Assembly (NCBI GenBank): GCA_038889235.1
Contig: JAWAHN010000002.1
Location: forward strand, 344,356 to 376,355
Origin: Candidatus Jordarchaeales archaeon
GTDB taxonomy: Archaea > Asgardarchaeota > Jordiarchaeia > Jordiarchaeales > Freyrarchaeaceae
Reading direction: 5' to 3'
DNA length: 32,000 nt
Under the pieces are notes generated by a model. The model did no database searches and was not told the DNA's origin. It saw nothing but the letters and a program-made list of their open reading frames with translations. Position 1 is the stretch's first letter, and each line of letters starts with the position of its first letter. Shown one piece after another: positions 25,844-32,000 of this stretch. The position numbers and the translations under genes were made by a program.

Positions 25844-25908
25844 ACGATGACGCAATCCGGCAATTACGACTCCAAAACTTGGAGGATGAGTGGTCAAAGT
25901 TACGCTGA
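25844..25908 (+). ncRNA. Candidate box C/D guide sRNA
   Basis: C-like ACGATGA (25844-50), D'-like ACGA (25866-69), hairpin CTCCAA-AAC-TTGGAG, C'-like GGATGA (25884-89), guide GTGGTCAAAGTTAC (25890-25903) and D box CTGA (25905-08). The guide's complement GUAACUUUGACCAC resembles the LSU helix 69 loop. Confidence 0.55.
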
Positions 25909-26220
25909 GGGGTAAATCGCCAACCTTCATGCGCCACTCCACTGCTTGTGTCTCAGAATTTCATGCTAAAAGTTTTCGCGCTCAAGAAAATTTTCCGCGT
26001 GCCCGGCTGGTGCCTCCAACAAGGTGTCGACCTCAAAAGTCTTAAAATGCGCATAAAAAGGAGCTTTTTCTTAAAATAAGTGACTTGTGACGTGCCGTAA
26101 TATGTCCTAGCACTTTTTACGTGTACATAGTTCTAATAGGCGCGAAAGATTACGATGCACGTGTCCCCTCAGTTAGCCTAAGAATATAGCGGTCTTCACT
26201 CCACTTGCAGCCGTCCTACG

Positions 26221-27849
26221 TTGCAACAAGAGGCGAAAAGTTTTTTTATGCGAAAAACGCTTTTCCCAGAAAAAACTCCCTGGGTGGGGAAATTGGCTAA
26301 ACTTAGTGGGAAAAGTCGCAGGGCAACGCTTCTGTCCCTCGGACTCGCCAACTTCATTCATCGAGCTGACATAGAAGCCTTACCAGTCTACATAACGTCG
26401 ATAGCAAGGGAGCTAGCGCAGCCCAGAACCATGATGGGGCTTGCAGTGTTCTCCAAAACAGTGTTCTATACTGCTATGGCCCCTATTTGGGGCTACCTGG
26501 CGGACAAGTACTCGAGAAAGAAAGTTCTGCTGGCAGGATGTATTTTGTGGGGCATCCTAACTATACTCACCGCTTTCGTGCAAGACTACAATCAACTTTT
26601 GATCGTGAGAATACTGACAGGCATAGGGCTTGCATCGATAATCGCCCCGTCCTTCGGAATAATAAGCGACTACTACTCCAGGGAAGAGAGGGGTAAGGCT
26701 CTCGGAATATTCGCACTTATAGGAGTTATGGGGATAGCGATCGTGGTTCCAATACTCGGAATGCTTGACTCCCCTAGCTTAACAGGAGGAATAGAGTCCG
26801 ACATAATCCAGCTCTTGTTAACTGCCTCTGCACCCGGCGGAGTCCAGCTGTTATCAAACCTCCTGATCCTGGACGCGAACGCTAAGTTCACTGTGTTCCT
26901 AGGATACTGGAGGAGAGGCTTCATCCTCGTGGGAGTTTTAAGCCTAATCATAGCTGTGATACTCTATCTTTTCGTCAAAGAGCCACCTAAAGGAGCCGCG
27001 GAAGCCGAGCTCGAAGGACTACCTGTGAAGGAAATAAGCGAAATATACAAGATATCTAAGAGGGACGTTTACGAGATAGTAAAAACTCCAACTATGGTCG
27101 TGCTTTTCGCTCAAGGCATTGCGGGCGTAATTCCGTGGACGGTGCTGGCCGCCTGGCTCATCCACTGGCTTGAAACTGCAAGATACCAGCCCCCAGGAGT
27201 TGCAACAACCATATTCGGACTAGTAGTCGTAGGCGTAGCCATAGGCAACGCGCTAGGCGGGTACATAGGCGACAGGATGCACAAGTGGAACCCAAACAAG
27301 GGCCGCATACTCACAGCCCAAATATCGATATTCATGGGAATCCCCCTCACATACATATTACTAACGCTCCCACTAAGCGCATTGGAATACACGGTCCTAG
27401 GCTTCATTACAGGTGCCGCCCTAAGCTGGTCCGGAACGGGCGCAGTCCAACCCATAGTGGCTGATGTAAATAAGCCCGAAGTTAGAGGCACAGCGTATGC
27501 AATAGAGCAGTTCTTCGAAACAGGCTTCTCCGCCTTCGGAGCTCTACTAGCCGGGTGGATGGCAGACGTCCTCGGTGGCGGCTTCTTCATGCAGTGGATG
27601 TCACCCTACGCCTATATCTGGCTACCGATACTCGGAGAATATGGCTTCGCTGGCATCGCAACCTGGATCGTGGCAGCCTACATGTCCGGGCAAGCTTTGA
27701 CCTCAGCTATGCTGCTCACCACAGTGGTACCATGGACCGTCTGTCTCATCCTCTTCACACTAGCATACAAGTACTACCCAGCTGATAGAGAGAAAATCCG
27801 CAGGCTACTTGAAGAAAGAAGAAAACAAGTGCTCGAAAAGAAAGCATAA
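26221..27849 (+). CDS. Major facilitator superfamily transporter (spinster-like subfamily inferred)
   Basis: Motif A GYLADKYSRKK, RILTGIGLA, second-half GGYIGDR, about 12 hydrophobic helices. Start is more likely TTG 26293. Confidence 0.9.
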   Translation: MQQEAKSFFMRKTLFPEKTPWVGKLAKLSGKSRRATLLSLGLANFIHRADIEALPVYITSIARELAQPRTMMGLAVFSKTVFYTAMAPIWGYLADKYSRKKVLLAGCILWGILTILTAFVQDYNQLLIVRILTGIGLASIIAPSFGIISDYYSREERGKALGIFALIGVMGIAIVVPILGMLDSPSLTGGIESDIIQLLLTASAPGGVQLLSNLLILDANAKFTVFLGYWRRGFILVGVLSLIIAVILYLFVKEPPKGAAEAELEGLPVKEISEIYKISKRDVYEIVKTPTMVVLFAQGIAGVIPWTVLAAWLIHWLETARYQPPGVATTIFGLVVVGVAIGNALGGYIGDRMHKWNPNKGRILTAQISIFMGIPLTYILLTLPLSALEYTVLGFITGAALSWSGTGAVQPIVADVNKPEVRGTAYAIEQFFETGFSAFGALLAGWMADVLGGGFFMQWMSPYAYIWLPILGEYGFAGIATWIVAAYMSGQALTSAMLLTTVVPWTVCLILFTLAYKYYPADREKIRRLLEERRKQVLEKKA

Positions 27850-27864
27850 ATCCCCCATTTTTTC

Positions 27865-28455
27865 TTGTACCTCTCTCGGAAAAGTTGGAAATCAGAGCGC
27901 ACTTCCTATCTCCCCGGGAGGGAAATATTTCTTATGGTGAAGTGGGGATGGAATTTGGCACTTCCCCCGGAGGAATTGTCTCGGAAGGAGTTAAGGGGGG
28001 CGTACGTACTAGTTTTACGCTTCCCTAAAGACATTGTCGTGAAGGTTGGCAGCCTAGGGAATGTTTCCTTCCGTTTTGGCTATTACGGATACGTTGGCTC
28101 GGGGATGGGGCGTGGCGCGAGCAGTCTTTTCGGAAGAATTAGGAGACACCTTTCGCGCTCAAAACTCATCTTTTGGCACATAGACTATGTGACGTCACTC
28201 AGCGAAGTTAAAGTTGCGGCAGTCTTTTTCACGGAAAGCGACGTTAGACTAGAGCATGCCTTATCGAAAGCCCTTAAAGAAGTCGGTGCTAAGAGCGTCG
28301 AAGGGTTTGGTGCAAGTGATTGCGATGAAGGGTGCAGAAGCCACATGTTCTTCGTAGGAAGCAGCTTGGAAGAAGCTTTCTCGACAATATCTAGAGCATT
28401 CAAAAAATTGGGGATCGAGCCCAAGGTGTTAAGTTTTCCGAAAGAGGCTTGGTGA
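27865..28455 (+). CDS. GIY-YIG (DUF123/Uri-like) nuclease family protein
   Basis: GAYVLVL...YGYVGSG, RIRRH, WHIDY, GFGASDC and CRSH. True start is probably 27934 or later. Confidence 0.85.
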   Translation: MYLSRKSWKSERTSYLPGREIFLMVKWGWNLALPPEELSRKELRGAYVLVLRFPKDIVVKVGSLGNVSFRFGYYGYVGSGMGRGASSLFGRIRRHLSRSKLIFWHIDYVTSLSEVKVAAVFFTESDVRLEHALSKALKEVGAKSVEGFGASDCDEGCRSHMFFVGSSLEEAFSTISRAFKKLGIEPKVLSFPKEAW

Positions 28456-28488
28456 AAGGGGCCCGTTAGTCCCACGGCGCGGCCTGCT

Positions 28489-29541
28489 TCACCTCTCAAT
28501 TATGGTTTCCTCTACGCTTTTACCGAAATGTCTCGCTTCATGGCTTAGGAGAATAAGCACTTTGTCGCCCTTCTTGAGTTTCGAAACGGACAACGCCTTT
28601 CCACCCTCACCCACGAGAGCTACTGTCTCAGCGTTCTGAAGTATAATTTTGAAGATTTCCCCGTCTTTCTTCGCCTCCACTAAGATGAGTGGACGCCTCT
28701 CTATTTTCACTCTTCCAACAACCACTTCTCTCGTTAACCCTTCATGGTTGACCGCGAGGACGGTGTCTCCAGCCTTCAACTCCGAGAGATACTTGGTTTT
28801 CCCATCCGGTAACAGAATGTACGAGTGTACAGGTCCAGCATTGACCCTAAATGGCCTCGGAGATGTGAACTCGGTCTCCAGCGTTTCGCTATGTACTAGG
28901 AAGAGACCTTTGGCTTGAGAGCCTACAAGCATCCCCTCGCCAACTTTGAGTATGGAGCACGTGTCAATGCAAACCCTGTCCCCCATTCCAACCTCTTTCA
29001 CGTTAACTATTTCGGCTGTGGTGAGCGGCAGCACCCTGCCGCTCTGCACAAGCTTCGCCAATTCTGCTATTTCATTAGTGCTTTTTGGCTCATATATCAC
29101 AGCATCAACCCCAAGCTCAAGCGTTTGGAAGAAAGTTCGCGCCTCGTCAATGCTCCCCGCTTCGGCGTAAAGTTCAGTGTCCATTTTGTGAAGGTCTGCA
29201 ATTATGTTCTCCAGCGGTATTATCTTCCAGTCCTCTGCTTCAACTATCACAGCCGGAGCCCCAGCTTTAGCCAAATTGTAAACTTTTTCTTCATCCTCCT
29301 TCTTCGCCACTTTAACCCTGTAGATTACCCCCTCCTCGAACTCAGCGCCCTCACTAAACCTCTTTACCCTTACGTCGCACTCGCCGCCCTCAGATAACAC
29401 CTCAACGGACCCGAGTGCCTTAACCTTCCCAACAAGCTCTGGGGGAGTGTAAAAGGAGTTAATGCCGCGGGTTAACGCCTCCACGGCATACTCCTTCACC
29501 GTCTCCCACGGTCCACTGAGCTTAAGAATGACTTTCTTCAA
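28489..29541 (-). CDS. 3-dehydroquinate synthase II (aroB')
   Basis: [62 protein letters not shown] and ETIIER. Confidence 0.96.
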   Translation of the reverse strand: MKKVILKLSGPWETVKEYAVEALTRGINSFYTPPELVGKVKALGSVEVLSEGGECDVRVKRFSEGAEFEEGVIYRVKVAKKEDEEKVYNLAKAGAPAVIVEAEDWKIIPLENIIADLHKMDTELYAEAGSIDEARTFFQTLELGVDAVIYEPKSTNEIAELAKLVQSGRVLPLTTAEIVNVKEVGMGDRVCIDTCSILKVGEGMLVGSQAKGLFLVHSETLETEFTSPRPFRVNAGPVHSYILLPDGKTKYLSELKAGDTVLAVNHEGLTREVVVGRVKIERRPLILVEAKKDGEIFKIILQNAETVALVGEGGKALSVSKLKKGDKVLILLSHEARHFGKSVEETIIER

Positions 29542-30326
29542 AGTTTCAGCCCCGCCTTCTCAGCAGCCTCCTCAACTTCAGCGTCGTTCAAAACTATCTC
29601 TACGACGGCCCTAACTATTGCCACCGGGTTTTCATGCTGGAAAGCGTTTCTTCCCATGGCAACCCCTGCAGCTCCTGCGTCCATGGCCCCCCTCACCATT
29701 CTAAGCACGTCTGCATCCGTCTCAGCCTTAGGTCCTCCAGCTATCACTACGGGAACCGGGCACCCTTCGACAACCTTCCTAAACGTTTCAGGATCCCCAG
29801 TATATGGTGTCTTAACTATATCTGCGCCAAGTTCGGCTCCCAGCCGTGAGGCGTGAGCTATCGTCTCAGGGGTCGCCTTGATGTTTTTCCCTCTCGGGTA
29901 CATCATAGCAATAAGTGGAATCTGCCACTCGTCGCATACGTCTGCAACGTAGCCAAGTTTTTCGAGCATGTGTGGCTCCATGTCGCTTCCAACATTCACG
30001 TGAACTGAGACTGCATCCGCACCGAGTCTTATTGCTTCCTCGACCGATCCAACCCTCACCTTCCAGTTGGGGTCTGGGCCAAGCGAAGTACTCCCAGAAA
30101 TGTGCATTATGACGCCACACCCTGGAGGCGAACGGAGACTCTTTATGATCCCCTTGTGTAATAGTACCGCTGTCGCCCCGCCTTCCACAACCTTGCTAAT
30201 CGTCTCATCCATTCTCACTAGTCCCTTTATGGGTCCATCGGTCACACCGTGATCCATCGGTATGATAACAGCCTTCCCCTTCTTCATTATCCGGGAGAGT
30301 CTAACTTGCTTCCCATTCATGTTCAC
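29538..30326 (-). CDS. 2-amino-3,7-dideoxy-D-threo-hept-6-ulosonate (ADH) synthase (aroA'), class I aldolase DhnA family
   Basis: [37 protein letters not shown] and GRNAFQ; stop overlaps the DHQ synthase II start. Confidence 0.92.
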   Translation of the reverse strand: MNMNGKQVRLSRIMKKGKAVIIPMDHGVTDGPIKGLVRMDETISKVVEGGATAVLLHKGIIKSLRSPPGCGVIMHISGSTSLGPDPNWKVRVGSVEEAIRLGADAVSVHVNVGSDMEPHMLEKLGYVADVCDEWQIPLIAMMYPRGKNIKATPETIAHASRLGAELGADIVKTPYTGDPETFRKVVEGCPVPVVIAGGPKAETDADVLRMVRGAMDAGAAGVAMGRNAFQHENPVAIVRAVVEIVLNDAEVEEAAEKAGLKL

Positions 30327-30334
30327 GCCACCCT

Positions 30335-31399
30335 TTACACCATTTTATAAGCTACCATCAACTCAGCATTAAGGATAGCGGCGCCTGCAGCCCCCCTAAT
30401 AGTGTTGTGGCTCAGAACGGTGAACATCAAGCTGTTCGGCTCGCTCCCCTTTCTAACTCTGCCGACGCTTACACTCATCCCTGGCACGCTCCCTGCCATC
30501 CTGTCAAGTCTCGGTTGAGGCCTATCAATTTCCTCTCTCACTATTATGGGCTGCTCAGGAGCTGATGGAAGCTTAAGTTTCTGTGGCTCCCCCCTGAACC
30601 TCCTGAGAACCTCTTTTGCTTCATCAACGTCAACCTCCTCCTCAGTTAAGATGAACACCGACTCCAGGTGCCCGTCTAAGACTGGAACCCTGTTGCATGA
30701 AGCCTCCACCTTGAACCCTGCGGGGGTGACCGCCATCCCCGTCATCTTTCCGAGTATCTTCCTAGTCTCCCTAACTACCTTCTCCTCTTCGTTCGAAATG
30801 TACGGTATAATGTTATCTACTATCATGAGCGACGGGACACCTGGGAGACCCGCCCCCGAAACCGCCTGCATCGTTGCAACGCAAACCTTCTCCAATCCGT
30901 AGCGGTCGTATAGTGGCTTCAAAGCGATTACCAAGCCTATCGTGGTACAGTTCGGGTTAGTTACTATGAACCCCTGCCACCCCCTCCTCTCCCTCTGAAC
31001 GTCGACAAGCTTAAGGTGGTCTGGGTTTACTTCGGGTATAACTAGTGGTACGTCCTCCTCCATTCTAAACGTACTCGCGTTGCTCGAAACAGCACACCCA
31101 GCCTCGGCGAACTTTGGCTCAGCCTCCTTGGCAACATCAGCTGGCAAAGCCGAAATTACAAGCGTCGCTTCAGCGTCACGTGCATTAACGTCAACAACCT
31201 CCATCGACTTAATTTCCTCCGGTATCTCGACAGGCAGATGCCACCTGTCAGCGACAACGTCAGCATACTTCTTGCCGGCACTTCTCTCAGAAGCTGCCAA
31301 TACCGTTATGTCAAACCATGGGTGATTGTGAAGCATTGTGACAAGTCTCTGCCCAACAGTCCCCGTGCAACCCAAGATCGCAACATCTATCTTCTTCAT
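30335..31399 (-). CDS. asd: Aspartate-semialdehyde dehydrogenase (archaeal type)
   Basis: [40 protein letters not shown] and [12 protein letters not shown] 31399 follows a GGAGGT RBS (ORF track 31417). Confidence 0.96.
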   Translation of the reverse strand: MKKIDVAILGCTGTVGQRLVTMLHNHPWFDITVLAASERSAGKKYADVVADRWHLPVEIPEEIKSMEVVDVNARDAEATLVISALPADVAKEAEPKFAEAGCAVSSNASTFRMEEDVPLVIPEVNPDHLKLVDVQRERRGWQGFIVTNPNCTTIGLVIALKPLYDRYGLEKVCVATMQAVSGAGLPGVPSLMIVDNIIPYISNEEEKVVRETRKILGKMTGMAVTPAGFKVEASCNRVPVLDGHLESVFILTEEEVDVDEAKEVLRRFRGEPQKLKLPSAPEQPIIVREEIDRPQPRLDRMAGSVPGMSVSVGRVRKGSEPNSLMFTVLSHNTIRGAAGAAILNAELMVAYKMV

Positions 31400-31800
31400 C
31401 TGTTTACCTCCATCCAAATCACGGACACCATCCCCTTTTCACCTTTTCGATAAACTACTATTTACCCATAAAAATGTAATGTTACTCTTTAGCGTGAAAG
31501 ATCTAACCCCCCAAACCTTAATAACCCTCTTTGAACATACGAGGACGCTAAAATCCACCACCGGGAAATATTCGTGAAATTAATTTCTTGTTAGACTGGC
31601 CCCTCCACCGAAATTTTATAGCGAGCTAAGTCCTCCCTCTGCATTAAGTTAAGGGTAAGGCACTCTTTTTTAAACATAACTAGAATTAACATCATGGGTT
31701 TTCCGAAACTTAGCTGAATCTTTAAACTGTCACTTCCTTCACGCAGCAGGAACAGGAAAAAGAGAGACTGTGTCAATATCTATTCATCCTTCACCTATTG

Positions 31801-31820
31801 GTGCACTCGTACGTGTGCAC
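31801..31820. repeat. Near-perfect 20-bp palindrome
   Basis: GTGCAC-T-CGTACG-T-GTGCAC, immediately after the stop of the alpha/beta hydrolase gene. Confidence 0.6.
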
Positions 31821-31823
31821 TCT

Positions 31824-32000
31824 TTAGAACTCCTCTTCTTTTCCGGCATCCCTTACCACCAAGACCTTTCTCGGTTTGGCTGTAAATTCCCCAGTTTCCA
31901 CCTCCCTTAAGAAGTCCATTACTATTCTGTTGAAGAGGCGCGCCTCCTCCAAGAACAAGAAGTGTGAGCCTCCTTCGAAAACTACAAGCCTCGATTGGGG
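31824..32000 (-). CDS. 3' end of an alpha/beta-fold hydrolase entering from the right edge
   Basis: Manual translation PQSRLVVFEGGSHFLFLEEARLFNRIVMDFLREVETGEFTAKPRKVLVVRDAGKEEEF*, matching the catalytic-His region (xxGxxHxxxxE...FN...xDFL). Confidence 0.8.
   Translation of the reverse strand, partial: PQSRLVVFEGGSHFLFLEEARLFNRIVMDFLREVETGEFTAKPRKVLVVRDAGKEEEF

Noticed and set aside
25680-26220. tRNA, IS remnant or riboswitch in the nadA-MFS gap
   Set aside because: No cloverleaf or T-loop, terminal inverted repeats or recognisable aptamer; only the C/D-like segment was kept.
27865-28455. GIY-YIG gene as a homing endonuclease or mobile element
   Set aside because: It matches the stand-alone archaeal DUF123 type and shows no intron, intein, terminal repeats or target duplication.
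31591-31776. 61-aa minus-strand ORF upstream of asd
   Set aside because: No motif and no clear RBS, in AT-rich intergenic sequence; probably spurious.

Overview
Archaeal chromosomal window of about 50% GC, with GGAGG/AGGTGA ribosome-binding sites, frequent TTG/GTG starts and TATA-type promoters. Archaeal-specific enzymes include DTD2, GHMP shikimate kinase, ADH synthase and DHQ synthase II. The lineage cannot be fixed from the sequence alone; FtsZ plus several eukaryote-reminiscent domain fusions would fit an Asgard-like or deep TACK archaeon (inference). Most of the window is housekeeping: nucleoside hydrolase, arsC, dtdA, ftsZ-secE-spt5, a six-gene aroE-aroK-aroA-aroC-CM-tyrA operon, glnA with a divergent Lrp regulator, rbsK, a flavodoxin-like gene, nadA, an MFS transporter, a GIY-YIG protein and an asd-ADH synthase-DHQ synthase II operon. 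The first 8.5 kb is unusual. It encodes an amidohydrolase, a Cdc48 N-domain fused to a vWA domain with no ATPase, a 1233-aa GCS2-type carboxylate-amine ligase fused to about six apparently cytoplasmic beta-sandwich domains, and a head/coiled-coil protein. Together these may form an undescribed ligase-based protein-tagging system. Other highlights are an FtsZ with Asn replacing the catalytic T7-loop Asp, a candidate C/D-box sRNA whose guide fits 23S helix 69, a 680-aa repeat-expanded coiled coil ending in a winged helix, a 61-aa zinc-finger microprotein and repeated palindromic operators between glnA and lrp. No tRNA, rRNA, CRISPR array or transposase was seen.
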